From Octopus bimaculoides (lineage: Eukaryota), in NCBI RefSeq assembly GCF_001194135.2, contig NC_068986.1, forward strand, positions 95,451,530 through 95,515,529: a stretch of DNA of 64,000 nucleotides, read 5' to 3'. This document shows, piece by piece, positions 63,985-64,000 of this stretch; positions within the stretch are counted from its first letter, which is position 1, and every line of letters starts with the position of its first letter. The notes below the pieces were generated by a model. That model did no database searches, was not told where the DNA came from, and saw only the letters and a list, made by a program, of their open reading frames with translations. Position numbers and translations under genes: made by a program.

Positions 63985-64000
63985 GCAAATGTGCGAACAT

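Overview
AT-rich eukaryotic, largely non-coding DNA with about 19 N-gaps, mostly next to microsatellites (short-read assembly). The tRNA-derived SINE families and the microsatellite load look like an Octopus (coleoid cephalopod) genome; this is an inference from recognised repeats, not a database match. I found no intact host protein-coding gene, and nearly all listed ORFs are microsatellite or N-run artefacts. The window is a transposon graveyard: a Helitron Rep/Hel remnant, a near-full-length mariner, four mariner-derived MITEs, RTE, CR1/L2-like and R4/Dong-like LINE fragments, two Penelope-like elements (PLEs) with inverted pseudo-LTRs, and many copies of three SINE families. The most striking signal is RNA-level: nine type I hammerhead ribozyme motifs from about five sequence families, found by eye. 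They include (i) a form with a ~70-80 nt three-hairpin insertion in stem II at two divergent loci with compensatory stem changes, (ii) a U3-A8 core variant in both pLTRs of one PLE, (iii) one at the tip of a ~130 nt rod in a 250-nt ORF-less, retrozyme-like element, and (iv) minimal loop-less forms. A pre-miRNA-like hairpin and an NRF1-type promoter motif are also noted. Boundaries of decayed repeats are approximate (about 10-30 nt).
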